The translations under genes and the position numbers were made by a program. From Thermodesulfobacteriota bacterium (GTDB taxonomy: Bacteria > Desulfobacterota > Desulfobacteria > Desulfobacterales > SURF-7): a DNA stretch of 64,000 bases. The notes under the pieces are model-generated. The model saw only the letters and a program-made list of their open reading frames with translations. It had not been told where the DNA came from and did no database searches. Each line of letters starts with the position of its first letter. The stretch's first letter is position 1. Shown here in pieces: positions 10,423 through 20,323 of the stretch. The stretch lies in the NCBI GenBank assembly GCA_049320885.1, contig JBMORA010000033.1, forward strand, positions 23,626 through 87,625. Reading direction: 5' to 3'.

Positions 10423-13281
10423 ATGAAAACGAATTTGCCGGAGGAAATCGAGCGGGAAACAGAGGACAAATGGCAGCGTCTGCTCGAGTCGGCCGGCACC
10501 GGGACAGCGGGAAAATCCATTCCGGGGGAACTGAGACAGATCCTGGCTTTTTCCAATTTCGTGGCCAACCATCTGATCCATAAACCCGAATTGTTGCAAG
10601 ACCTGCTGAATGGCGGAGATCTGGAGCGATCCTACGGGGATGGTGAATATCAGCAGCGGGCAATCGCCCTTGCGGAGCAGACGGACGATGAAACCCGCCT
10701 GGGAAACGCCTTGCGCCGGTTCCGTTGCCGGGAAATGATCCGGATCGCTTTCCGGGACTTGACCGGCCGGGCGGAATTGTCGGAAACCATGCGGGATCTC
10801 AGTGCCCTGGCGGATGCCTGCATTGACGCCGCCATGTCGCGCCTGTATCGCTGGCTGGAGGAAAAATACGGAACCCCGGCGGACGAAAACGGTGACCATC
10901 AGCCCATGATCGTCATCGGGCTTGGAAAGCTCGGGGCCAAGGAACTGAATTTTTCATCGGATGTGGATCTCCTCCTTGCCTATCCCCGGTCCGGACAAAC
11001 CCGCAATGGACCCCGCATCATGGACAATGAGGAATTCTTTCTGCACTTGAGCCGCCGTTTCCTGGCTCTTTTCAGCGCCACGTCGGAGGAAGGCCTGCTG
11101 TTCCGGGTGGATTTGCGCCTGCGACCCTTCGGAGAAAACGGGCCGCTCATCATGAGCTTCAACGCCCTGGAAGACTATTACCAGGCCCAGGGCCGGGAAT
11201 GGGAACGGTACGCCCTGATCAAGGCCAGGGTGGTATCCGGCGACAAGACAGCCGGCAAGGAAATCCTGACCCGCCTGGAGCCCTTCATCTACAGAAGGTA
11301 TTTCGATTACGGCACCTTTGAGTCCCTGCGCCTGATGAAAGAAAGCATCGCCCTTGAGGTCAACCGGAAAGGCATGCAGGACAATATCAAGCTGGGGCCA
11401 GGGGGCATCCGGGAAATCGAGTTTTTCGGGCAGGTCTTCCAGCTGATCCGCGGCGGAGTGGAACCCGAACTGAAAGAGCCCGCCATTTTGAAAGTGCTGC
11501 AACTGCTGGTGGATAAGCGCTATATCGAGCAGGCCACCTGCGACGAATTGACCGCGGCATATCGGTTCCAGCGCAATACGGAACACCGCCTGCAGATGCG
11601 GGACGATCTTCAGACCCATCTGCTGCCGCAGCAGATGAAGGAGAAATCCCGCCTGGCCTTGGCCTCCGGCTTTGCCGCCTGGGAAGAGTTCGCCCATCAC
11701 CTCTCGGTTCACATGGGCAATGTCAATCGCCATTTCAACGGTCTGCTGGCGGTTGAAGACCACGGAGCGGCGGCGGATGACCGGCTGAAAACGCTGGAGG
11801 GTCTCTGGCTGAATCTGCTGGATGCCCAGAAAGCCAGGCAGGAGCTGAAGGAAATCGGATATGACTCGCCGGACGACATCCTGAAGGTCATCGACTACCT
11901 GCGCAATGATCCGGAAACCAGGGCCTTGAGCCCCGAAGGCCGCAAACGCCTGAACCGGCTGATCCCCATGATCCTGAAACGCGCGGCGGAATCCGGGAAT
12001 CCGGGAATCGTGTTCAAACGGCTCATGGAGCTTGTCAAAGCCATTGAAAGACGCACCTGCTATATCGCCCTGCTGCTGGAAAGCCCCGAGACCATCGACC
12101 AGCTGGTCAAACTCGGCCAGGCCAGCCCCTGGATCGTTTCTTTCCTGGCGCGACACCCGGTGCTGCTGGATGAACTCCTCGACGCCCGCAATCTGTACAA
12201 ACCGCCGTCCCGGCCGGAGCTGGAGCAGGAACTCCATCTGCGCATGGCGCGGATCCCGGACCGGGATCTGGAGTTTCAGCTGGAATCCCTGTGTATTTTT
12301 AAACAGATCAATATATTGCGGGTCGCCGCAACGGACATATCCGCCGTCTATCCGCTGATGCGGGTCAGTGACCACCTCTCGGACATCGCGGAAATCGTGA
12401 TCAACCGGATATTCGATCTGGCCTGGGAACATCTGGCTGCCAAACACGGAATCCCCAGGGCGGAAATAGGGGGGAACCCCTGCCGGACCGGATTCGCGGT
12501 GGTGGCGTACGGCAAACTGGGGGGGCTCGAGCTGGGATACGGCTCGGATCTGGATATCGTCTTTCTTCACGCCGCTTCTCCGGGCCAGACCTCCGGTGGC
12601 CCCGCTCCCACTGAAAATGTTCAGTTCTACAGCCGCATCGGACAGCGGATCATTCATCTGCTGACCGCCCCCACCCGGGCGGGGGTCCTGTACGAAATCG
12701 ACACCCGCCTGCGTCCCAGCGGCAATTCCGGCCCCCTGGTCAGTCAAGTGGAAGCATTCCGGGAGTACCAGCTGAACCAGGCCTGGACCTGGGAGCACCA
12801 GGCCCTGGTCAGGGCCCGGGTGATTTGCGGGGATGCTGATTTGGCCGGACGCTTTCAGGAAATCCGCCGGGAAATCATCTGCCGGCCGAGGAATCGCAAG
12901 GAACTGGCGGAAGAAATCCGGAACATGCGCGGCCGCATGCGGGAAAACCTCCCGCTCCCCCCCGCCGGCATGTTTGACCTGAAACAAGGGCCGGGCGGAA
13001 TCGTGGATATTGAATTCCTGGTGCAGTATCTGGTGCTGCTGCATGCCCATCAGCATCCGGAACTGGTTCGCTGGACCGATAATGTGCGCCAACTGGAAAC
13101 GCTTTCGGAAACGGGAATCATCGACCCGGCCACGGCCCTTTTCCTGAAACAGGCCTATCTGCATTTCCGGGGGGCGGTGCATCGGCTGAACCTGCAGGAA
13201 ACCCCCGCCGTGGCTCCGGAAGAAGCGTTCCGGGACAACAGCCTGCGGGTCGGCGGACTCTGGCGGGAATATATCGAATGA
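10423..13281 (+). CDS. glnE: Bifunctional glutamine synthetase adenylyltransferase / adenylyl-removing enzyme
   Basis: Two nucleotidyltransferase repeats (GLGKLGAKELNFSSDVDLLLAY and AYGKLGGLELGYGSDLDIVFLH). About 950 aa from the Met at 10423. Confidence 0.9.
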   Translation: MKTNLPEEIERETEDKWQRLLESAGTGTAGKSIPGELRQILAFSNFVANHLIHKPELLQDLLNGGDLERSYGDGEYQQRAIALAEQTDDETRLGNALRRFRCREMIRIAFRDLTGRAELSETMRDLSALADACIDAAMSRLYRWLEEKYGTPADENGDHQPMIVIGLGKLGAKELNFSSDVDLLLAYPRSGQTRNGPRIMDNEEFFLHLSRRFLALFSATSEEGLLFRVDLRLRPFGENGPLIMSFNALEDYYQAQGREWERYALIKARVVSGDKTAGKEILTRLEPFIYRRYFDYGTFESLRLMKESIALEVNRKGMQDNIKLGPGGIREIEFFGQVFQLIRGGVEPELKEPAILKVLQLLVDKRYIEQATCDELTAAYRFQRNTEHRLQMRDDLQTHLLPQQMKEKSRLALASGFAAWEEFAHHLSVHMGNVNRHFNGLLAVEDHGAAADDRLKTLEGLWLNLLDAQKARQELKEIGYDSPDDILKVIDYLRNDPETRALSPEGRKRLNRLIPMILKRAAESGNPGIVFKRLMELVKAIERRTCYIALLLESPETIDQLVKLGQASPWIVSFLARHPVLLDELLDARNLYKPPSRPELEQELHLRMARIPDRDLEFQLESLCIFKQINILRVAATDISAVYPLMRVSDHLSDIAEIVINRIFDLAWEHLAAKHGIPRAEIGGNPCRTGFAVVAYGKLGGLELGYGSDLDIVFLHAASPGQTSGGPAPTENVQFYSRIGQRIIHLLTAPTRAGVLYEIDTRLRPSGNSGPLVSQVEAFREYQLNQAWTWEHQALVRARVICGDADLAGRFQEIRREIICRPRNRKELAEEIRNMRGRMRENLPLPPAGMFDLKQGPGGIVDIEFLVQYLVLLHAHQHPELVRWTDNVRQLETLSETGIIDPATALFLKQAYLHFRGAVHRLNLQETPAVAPEEAFRDNSLRVGGLWREYIE

Positions 13282-13365
13282 TCGTCCGCCTCTTGAAAAA
13301 ACGGATGGAAACAAATACGCTGCGTTCGGTAACCGTCAAACAAACGCAACCCCAAGGGAGAGGCA

Positions 13366-14373
13366 ATGGCTGAACGAATTCTGCTGGATCACGGCAGCGG
13401 TGGCAAGATCGCCAACCGGTTGATCCGGGATCTGCTGCTTCCGGCCTTCGACGACCCGGAGCTGTCCCGTCTCAACGACGGCGCCATTCTGGAAACGAAT
13501 GGCCTGCGGATCGCCTTTTCAACCGACTCCTTTGTGGTGGAACCGCTTTTTTTCCCCGGCGGCAACATCGGCGACCTGGCCGTCAACGGCACGGTGAACG
13601 ACATCGCCATGTGCGGGGCCGTTCCGTTATACCTGAGCACCGGTCTGATCCTGGAGGAAGGCTTCGACATGGGCGAACTTTCCGTCATCGTCGACACCAT
13701 GGGCCGGGCGGCCCGCGGGGCCGGGGTCCGGGTGGTCACCGGGGACACCAAGGTGGTCCCCGGGGGCGCGGCGGATAAACTGTTCATCAACACGTCCGGT
13801 ATCGGGATCATTCCGGCGGGCGTGGATATCGCGGCCCGGCGGGCCGAACCCGGTGACCTGATCCTGCTCAGCGGTACCATCGCCGATCACGGCATGGCGG
13901 TTTTGGCCCGACGGGAAGGGCTCACCTTTGAAACCACCATCGTGAGCGATACGGCCCCCTTGAACCGGATGGTGGCCGCCATGCTGGCCGTCACCCGGAA
14001 TATCCACACCCTGCGTGACCCCACCCGCGGCGGTGTCGGGGCGATCCTGAACGAAATCGCCCAGAGCGCCGGAGTGGGCATCCGGATCTGGGAGGAAAAA
14101 ATTCCCCTCCGGCCGGAAGTCGGAGGGCTTTGCGAATTGCTCGGCTTCGATCCGCTCTTTGTCGCCAATGAAGGCAAACTCGTGGCTTTTGTGCCCGAGG
14201 CGGAAGCGGAAGCCGTCCTGGAGGCCATACGCCATGATCCCCTTGGGGAAAACGCCTGTATCATCGGCCGGGTGCTGGCGGATTCCCCGGGCCGGGTGGT
14301 CATGGAAACCCGTATCGGCGGGACACGTCTGATCGACACTCCCGCCGGAGAACAACTGCCGAGGATTTGCTGA
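13366..14373 (+). CDS. hypE: Hydrogenase maturation protein HypE
   Basis: AIR-synthase-like fold motifs and the diagnostic C-terminal ...PRIC. Confidence 0.9.
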   Translation: MAERILLDHGSGGKIANRLIRDLLLPAFDDPELSRLNDGAILETNGLRIAFSTDSFVVEPLFFPGGNIGDLAVNGTVNDIAMCGAVPLYLSTGLILEEGFDMGELSVIVDTMGRAARGAGVRVVTGDTKVVPGGAADKLFINTSGIGIIPAGVDIAARRAEPGDLILLSGTIADHGMAVLARREGLTFETTIVSDTAPLNRMVAAMLAVTRNIHTLRDPTRGGVGAILNEIAQSAGVGIRIWEEKIPLRPEVGGLCELLGFDPLFVANEGKLVAFVPEAEAEAVLEAIRHDPLGENACIIGRVLADSPGRVVMETRIGGTRLIDTPAGEQLPRIC

Positions 14374-14376
14374 TTC

Positions 14377-15411
14377 ATGAAACCGTTTCGCATTCCGATT
14401 TTCTGTTGTCTGTGCTGGCTGATCGCCGCCGGTTGCGGCCTGAAAAAGGAACTGGTGTTCAGCGGCAAGACCATGGGGTCGACCTATCAGGTCAAGGTGG
14501 TGGCCGGATATTTCCAGAGTGCCGGAGATCTGGCCCAGGCCATCGAACGCCGCCTGGCGGAAATCAACCAACACCTGTCCATCTATCGCAAGGACAGTGA
14601 GATCAGCCGTTTCAACCGCCATGCCGCCAGCGACCCTTTCCCGGTTTCGGACATGTTTGCCGAGATCCTGGAGATATCCCGGCCCTTGTACGAACTGACC
14701 GGCGGCGCCTGGGATCCGACGGTGGCGCCGCTGGTGGAACTCTGGGGATTCGGCGCCGGGGAACCCACCGGCCGGATCCCCCCCCGGGCCGCCATTGAAC
14801 AACGGATGGCCGCCGTCGGTTTCCACCGGCTTGAATTCAAGGACCGCGCGTTTATCAAAGAGCAACCGGGGCTTTCCCTGGACCTGGGCTCCGTGGCCCA
14901 GGGATTCGGGGCGGACCAGGTCGCGAAAGTCATCGAGGCGGCCGGATTCCGGGATTATCTGGTGGAAATCGGCGGAGAAGTTATCGCCTCCGGCGTCCGC
15001 CGGGACGGCACGGACTGGCGCATCGGTATCAACACCCCGGTCCAGGGCTCGCCCTTCGACAAGGTCTACAAGATCGTAACCCTGCGCAACCATGCCCTGG
15101 CCACCAGCGGCGACTACCGCAATTTTTTCGTCGTGGACGGCAAAACCTATTCCCACATCATCGATCCCCGCACGGGTTATCCGATCGCAAACGGCGTGGT
15201 CAGCGTGTCCATTCTCGCCAAAAGCTGCACCTTCGCCGACGGCCTGGCCACGGCCCTGATGGTCATGGGCCGGAAGGAAGGCCTTGCGCTGATCCGCAAC
15301 CTGCCGGACGTCGAAGGGATGATCGTGGAAAGAGATCCGGACGGCCGGCTCACGGACTACTACTCTGAGGGGTTCAGGCCGGTGCCGGAAAATAAAGCAA
15401 TTACAAATTAG
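14377..15411 (+). CDS. apbE: FAD:protein FMN transferase (ApbE family lipoprotein)
   Basis: Signal peptide with lipobox-like LIAAGC. ApbE motifs SIYRKDSEISRFN, GSVAQGFGAD, ATSGDYRNFF, YSHIIDPRTG. Confidence 0.9.
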   Translation: MKPFRIPIFCCLCWLIAAGCGLKKELVFSGKTMGSTYQVKVVAGYFQSAGDLAQAIERRLAEINQHLSIYRKDSEISRFNRHAASDPFPVSDMFAEILEISRPLYELTGGAWDPTVAPLVELWGFGAGEPTGRIPPRAAIEQRMAAVGFHRLEFKDRAFIKEQPGLSLDLGSVAQGFGADQVAKVIEAAGFRDYLVEIGGEVIASGVRRDGTDWRIGINTPVQGSPFDKVYKIVTLRNHALATSGDYRNFFVVDGKTYSHIIDPRTGYPIANGVVSVSILAKSCTFADGLATALMVMGRKEGLALIRNLPDVEGMIVERDPDGRLTDYYSEGFRPVPENKAITN

Positions 15412-15608
15412 GAATTACGAATGGTGGATTGAACACGCCCCGCAACCAGCCGGAATAGAATTGGTCGGTGTCGGTGCCGGCAGGAATCCGGCCCAACAGA
15501 TCAAAGCCATCATCCGGGGTGACTCGATAGACCGCAAGGCCGTTGAAGGCGTCGGCTTGACGTTCTTCAGCGGCATAGGGGTAGACCGCCATCGGAATGG
15601 CCAGCTCC

Positions 15609-15956
15609 TTATCGTACCTGTTTGGATAGGGGGAAAACCTGAAAATTGACTTGAATGACCTGATCCGCGGACTCGTCCCGGCAGGCCATCATCAACAATT
15701 CCTTACGCAACGCCGCGATCAGCTCCTTGATGCGTTGGATCCGGCTGCCGCTGACGCCCAAGGTCAGTCCAGTGATGTCCCGCTCAGCGGATGGATGGCG
15801 ATCGATGGATTCGGCGGTGAGCCGCAGCATTTCCTTGTGAAAATTGGCAACGGCCAAGGAATGAACTTCCGGCCCGGTGGTGACTGCCTGATCGGCCTGC
15901 TGCCATTTTCCCTCCCCGTCCTGTTGGATGAGGCCGAGTTCCGCGAGCAGTTTCAA
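15609..15956 (-). pseudogene. C-terminal half of a TIGR02147/DUF4423-family protein (N-terminal half missing)
   Basis: LAVANFHKEMLRLTAESIDRHPSAERDITGLTLGVS...VIQVNFQVFPLS matches my recollection of the C-terminal half of that roughly 270-aa family. No N-terminal half was found upstream in any frame. Confidence 0.55.
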
Positions 15957-16145
15957 GGTATAATAACATTATCGCCGATTGTTCCGATTCATGATACCCC
16001 TTGACCGTCATCGTCAAAGGAGGCTTGACCTCCCGGCCGGATTGGGATAGAGATTCTCCTGTTCCCGGCAATACCGGAAACGGGATGCGTTGCGCCCGAT
16101 AATCGGTTTTGCCGGATGTGATCAACCGAGTTATGCACTAGGCAG

Positions 16146-16183
16146 AAGCCACCCAGACTCCGGTCCGGTGGCTTTTTATTTTT
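16146..16183 (+). terminator. Intrinsic-terminator-like hairpin with T-run, immediately upstream of the pabA start
   Basis: AAGCCACC (16146-16153), 13-nt loop, GGTGGCTT (16167-16174), running into TTTTTATTTTT. No intact plus-strand gene ends upstream of it. Confidence 0.4.
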
Positions 16184-16200
16184 GGAAACACGGGGGGAAT

Positions 16201-16818
16201 GTGCCAAGCCCGGAAACGGCCAGACTGCTGGTCATCGACAACTATGACTCGTTTACCTACAACCTGGTGCAGATGTTCCGGCAATACCCGCTGGATATCC
16301 GGGTTTATCGCTGCGACCGCCTGACGCTGGAAACCGCAGAAAATTATCGTCCCGACTACGTGCTGATCAGCCCCGGCCCCAAAGATCCCCAGCATACCGG
16401 TGTTTCCGTGCCCATCATCCATGCATTCTGCCACCGGATACCCATCCTGGGGGTCTGCCTGGGAATGCAATGCATCAATGCAGCTTTCGGCGGCGCGACC
16501 GTCCGGGCGCCCCTGCCCGTTCACGGCAAGACCAGCCTGATCCGGCACGAAGGTCGCTTCCTGTTTCACGACCTGCCGTCACCCTTCCGGGCGGCCCGGT
16601 ATCATTCCCTGATGGTCCGGCCGCGGAACGATGAGCTGACCATCACCGCCGAAAGCGAAGACGGCGTGATCATGGGGTTGTCCCACCTTCGCCACCCCCT
16701 GCACGGCGTCCAATTTCATCCGGAAAGCTTTTTGACGGAATATGGTTTCCGGCTGGTGGAGAACTTTCTGCGCCTGGGACCGCTGGCCCGGCCGGAAAAA
16801 CAGAGGAGGCCATCATGA
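16201..16818 (+). CDS. pabA: Aminodeoxychorismate/anthranilate synthase component II (glutamine amidotransferase)
   Basis: LLVIDNYDSFTYNLVQ, GVCLGMQ (catalytic Cys) and HPES motifs. In-frame GTG at 16201 is preceded by GGGGGG; the ORF track ATG at 16090 would add an atypical leader. Confidence 0.85.
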   Translation: MPSPETARLLVIDNYDSFTYNLVQMFRQYPLDIRVYRCDRLTLETAENYRPDYVLISPGPKDPQHTGVSVPIIHAFCHRIPILGVCLGMQCINAAFGGATVRAPLPVHGKTSLIRHEGRFLFHDLPSPFRAARYHSLMVRPRNDELTITAESEDGVIMGLSHLRHPLHGVQFHPESFLTEYGFRLVENFLRLGPLARPEKQRRPS

Positions 16819-19091
16819 AACCGGAGCCGATGGAACTGACGGAAGTCATCCGGGGAATCCATGTGGAACCCCTTGAGCTGACGCAACCCCTGCCGGAAAT
16901 CGCCGGTCATTTTGCCGCCGAACCGGGAACCGTATTGTTGTTGAGCGGCGGCGATCTGGATTGCGCCCGCTATCACTTCCTGGCCGTAGATCCCTGGCTG
17001 CAGTTGCGCGGCAGCGGCCGCGACATGACCCTGGTCACCGGCAACCGGCGGACCGAATTTGCCGCCGACCCCTTCGAGACCCTCGATTTCCTGCTCTCCG
17101 CTTGCCGGCTGCCATCGCCGGACCTGGCCCTGCCGGTGGGGGCCGGGCTCTTCGGCTATCTGTCCTATGACCTGAAAGACCGCCTGGAAAACCTGCCCCG
17201 GACCTCCATGGATGCAGCGGGTTTGCCCCAGATCTGCCTGTATGCTCCCGGAATTCTAGTGGTTCAGGACAAGCTCGCGGACCGCTCCTGGCTGTGTTTG
17301 CCGAAATTCGAGGGGCGGAATGAAGCCTCGGTTCAGCGGCAAATCGCGGCCTTTCGGGAGAAAATCTGCCGGCCCCTGCCGCCGGACGGGGGCTTTTCCG
17401 GCAATCCGGACGGGTTCCGATCGGATTTCACCAGGGAAGAATACGAGGCCGCCGTGCAAACCATCCGGGAATACATCGCCGCCGGCGATGTCTACCAGGT
17501 CAACATGTCCCAGCGCTTTGAAATGACGTTCCACGGCGACGGGTACCATCTGTTCAAATCCCTTTACCGCCGGAATCCGGCTCCTTTTTTTGCCTACATC
17601 CAGGCCGGCGATCACCAGATCGTTTCCACCTCCCCCGAACGCTTTCTGAAGCAGCGGGGCCGCGCCATCGAAACCCGGCCCATCAAGGGCACCCGGCCCC
17701 GGGGAACCACAGCCGAGGAGGATGCCGCCTCCGGCGAACAGTTGCGGAACAACCCCAAGGACGATGCCGAGCTGTCCATGATCGTGGATCTGCTGCGCAA
17801 CGACCTGGGCCGGGTTTGCCGGGCCGGCTCCGTGCAGGTTACGCAGCACAAACGCCTGGAGGCCTATCAGAATGTATTTCACCTGGTTTCCGTGGTGGAA
17901 GGCCGCCTGGAGGAAGACAAAACCGCGGTGGATCTGCTCCGGGCGACGTTTCCGGGGGGCTCCATCACCGGCTGCCCGAAAATCCGCGCCATGGAAATCA
18001 TCGACGAACTGGAACCGGTGCGCCGCCATATCTATACCGGCGCCATCGGCTATTTCGGCTTTCATGACACCATGGATCTGTCCATCGCCATCCGCACCGC
18101 CGTCATCCACGAGGGCCGGATTGTTTTTTCCGTGGGCGGCGGCATTGTCTTTGATTCGGTTCCGGCCGACGAATACGCCGAAACCCTGCACAAAGGCAAA
18201 ACTTTGATGGAGGCTTTTGCCGGCGAAGGAACCCCATCCGCGGAACCGTCCCCGGTGGTCTGGATCAACGGCCGCTGCCGGAATCCGGACCAGGCCGGGA
18301 TTCCCATTACGGATTTGGGGGTTCAATACGGCTTCGGTTTCTTTGAAACCATCCGGGTCCATCATGGGACGCCCCTGCACCTTGCCGATCATCTCCGGCG
18401 TTTCAATCGGACCTGGGGCCGGCTGTTTCCTTCGTCTCCGCCGGATCTCACCTGGGACGACATCATCCGGGAAACCGTCAGACGCAATGGGCTGGAAGAT
18501 CGGGTCAGCGCCGTGAAAATCATCGCCACCCGAGGTACCCGGCTGCGGCCGCCCGTGGATCATACCCTGGCGGTCCTGGCCCGGCCCTATGTCCACCGCC
18601 TGGAGGCGACCCAAAAGAACGGCCTGGATCTGGCCACCTATCCGGAACCCCGCCGGACGCCCCTGGCGGATTATAAAACATTGAATTATCTGTATTATCA
18701 TCTTGCCGGCGAGTGGGCCCGGGAAAACGGGGCGGATGAGGCCCTGATCCTGAATCCGGACGGCACGGTTTCCGAGACCAACTCCGCCAGCCTGGTGGTC
18801 ATCCGGGACCGGGACCTGATTCGCCCGGAATCCCCTGCGGTGCTGCCGGGCGTCATGGCTGAACAGGTGTGCGGGCTGCTGTCCAAGGAAGGGTTTAGCG
18901 TGCAGACCCGGCCGGTCCATCCCCGGGAGTTGACCACCGCCGACATGGTGCTGATGACCAATGCCCTCATCGGGGCGGTGCCGATTCTGCACCTGGACGG
19001 CTTTGCCCTGAAGCCGCCGTCCGATCTCTGGCGCCGGATCAACGCGCAAGTGCTGGCGCCGCCCCCCATGGACGAATATCCAGCCGGATGA
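16815..19091 (+). CDS. pabB: Aminodeoxychorismate synthase component I fused to a class IV aminotransferase-like (aminodeoxychorismate lyase) domain
   Basis: Chorismate-binding core (SPERFL, IKGTRPRG, GGSITGCPKIRAMEII, YTGAIGYF) in the first roughly 470 aa. The last roughly 270 aa resemble PabC/IlvE-fold proteins (LADYKTLNYLYY..., TNALIGAVPI). Confidence 0.85.
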   Translation: MKPEPMELTEVIRGIHVEPLELTQPLPEIAGHFAAEPGTVLLLSGGDLDCARYHFLAVDPWLQLRGSGRDMTLVTGNRRTEFAADPFETLDFLLSACRLPSPDLALPVGAGLFGYLSYDLKDRLENLPRTSMDAAGLPQICLYAPGILVVQDKLADRSWLCLPKFEGRNEASVQRQIAAFREKICRPLPPDGGFSGNPDGFRSDFTREEYEAAVQTIREYIAAGDVYQVNMSQRFEMTFHGDGYHLFKSLYRRNPAPFFAYIQAGDHQIVSTSPERFLKQRGRAIETRPIKGTRPRGTTAEEDAASGEQLRNNPKDDAELSMIVDLLRNDLGRVCRAGSVQVTQHKRLEAYQNVFHLVSVVEGRLEEDKTAVDLLRATFPGGSITGCPKIRAMEIIDELEPVRRHIYTGAIGYFGFHDTMDLSIAIRTAVIHEGRIVFSVGGGIVFDSVPADEYAETLHKGKTLMEAFAGEGTPSAEPSPVVWINGRCRNPDQAGIPITDLGVQYGFGFFETIRVHHGTPLHLADHLRRFNRTWGRLFPSSPPDLTWDDIIRETVRRNGLEDRVSAVKIIATRGTRLRPPVDHTLAVLARPYVHRLEATQKNGLDLATYPEPRRTPLADYKTLNYLYYHLAGEWARENGADEALILNPDGTVSETNSASLVVIRDRDLIRPESPAVLPGVMAEQVCGLLSKEGFSVQTRPVHPRELTTADMVLMTNALIGAVPILHLDGFALKPPSDLWRRINAQVLAPPPMDEYPAG

Positions 19092-19121
19092 ATTTTTGGG
19101 TCTTGCAATCCGGCGGTTCAT

Positions 19122-19622
19122 TTGCTAACGAACGTTCGTATGCGAACGAACCATCCCGAACCGAAATATTTCATTTGCTCCCTGGCTTCCCAGGCTGTCC
19201 GCAAGATGGTGGCGTATTACAACAGCGTCCTGGAACCCCTGGGATTGACGGCCCAGCAGGTGATGGCCCTGGGGGTGCTCTGGCGGGGGGAAAATATGAG
19301 TCTGGGGGAATTCGCCGGCCGGGCCGGCATCGGCAAGGCCGCCGCCGTCACCATGATTCAGCGCCTGGAAAACATGCAACTGGTCCGGCGCAAGCCGCAT
19401 CCGGAAGACGCCCGCCTGAATGTGCTGACCCTGACCGAAAAGGCGCGGGGCCTGGCACCCGGACTCCTGGCAACCGGCGGCAAACTGGAGCGCTCCATCG
19501 AGGCCGCCGTGGGACCGGAAACCATGGCAGCCCTGATCAAAGGCCTCACCACCATCTGCGAACTGGATATCGACCACCTGAAATCCGCATCCAAAAATCG
19601 TGAACAAAGGAACAGCTCATGA
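19122..19622 (+). CDS. MarR-family transcriptional regulator
   Basis: LGLTAQQVMALGVLW...MSLGEFAGRAGIGKAAAVTMIQRLENMQLVRRKPHPEDARL is a winged-HTH MarR pattern. Confidence 0.85.
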   Translation: MLTNVRMRTNHPEPKYFICSLASQAVRKMVAYYNSVLEPLGLTAQQVMALGVLWRGENMSLGEFAGRAGIGKAAAVTMIQRLENMQLVRRKPHPEDARLNVLTLTEKARGLAPGLLATGGKLERSIEAAVGPETMAALIKGLTTICELDIDHLKSASKNREQRNSS

Positions 19623-20323
19623 ATCCCGTTTCGTCAGCTCTTGCCCAAGGACAGCGGGCTCTTTCCGAATATCAATCCAAGGAACTGCTCCGCGCCTATG
19701 ACATCCCCGTAACCCGGGAAATTCTCACCGAACATGTGGCGGACGCCATCCGCGCCGCCGGGGAAATCGGCTATCCGGTTGCCTTGAAAGCCTGCGCGCC
19801 GGAACTGATGCACAAGAGCGAATCCGGGGCCGTCGCCCTGAATTTGAAAAACGAGGAAGACATCCGGGAAGCCCATGAACGGATCAGCGCCGGGCTGGCG
19901 CCGGCCAAAACGGCCATGCTGGTGCAGGAAATGATCGCGGGTCAGCGGGAGCTGGTGATCGGACTGACCCGCGATCCCCAATTCGGTCCCTGCGTCATGC
20001 TGGGGCTGGGCGGGATTCTGACCGAAATCCTTCAGGACACCGTCTTCCGGGCGGCGCCGTTCGATCTCATCGAGGCCCGGGACATGGTCCGGGAACTGCG
20101 CGGGAAGGCCATCCTGGAGGCCTTTCGCGGTCAACGGCCGGCGGATCTCGATACTCTTCTGCGGGCCCTGGTTGCCGTGGGCCGGATCGGTCTGGAACAA
20201 CCGGCCGTGACCGAGCTGGATATCAACCCGTTGATCATCGATCCTGCCGGGCGTATCGTGGCCGTGGACGCCCTTGTGGTCCTGAACCCGAATCCGGCGG
20301 CAGCAGGAGGGCAGAACACATGA
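19619..20323 (+). CDS. ADP-forming acyl-CoA synthetase, ATP-grasp (beta-like) subunit
   Basis: LSEYQSKELLRAYDIPV...YPVALK...SESGAV is an ATP-grasp pattern. ATGA overlaps with both flanking genes. Confidence 0.8.
   Translation: MNPVSSALAQGQRALSEYQSKELLRAYDIPVTREILTEHVADAIRAAGEIGYPVALKACAPELMHKSESGAVALNLKNEEDIREAHERISAGLAPAKTAMLVQEMIAGQRELVIGLTRDPQFGPCVMLGLGGILTEILQDTVFRAAPFDLIEARDMVRELRGKAILEAFRGQRPADLDTLLRALVAVGRIGLEQPAVTELDINPLIIDPAGRIVAVDALVVLNPNPAAAGGQNT

Noticed and set aside
15401-15592. 63-aa minus-strand ORF (MAVYPYAAEERQADAFNGLAVYRV...), possibly the tail of a degraded gene.
   Set aside because: It overlaps the apbE 3' end, is too short for me to assign a family, and has no upstream continuation, so it is not called as a gene.
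15960-16200. THF-type riboswitch upstream of pabA.
   Set aside because: The sequence does not match my recollection of the THF-I/II consensus. Only the terminator-like hairpin is reported, and an Rfam scan is needed to settle it.
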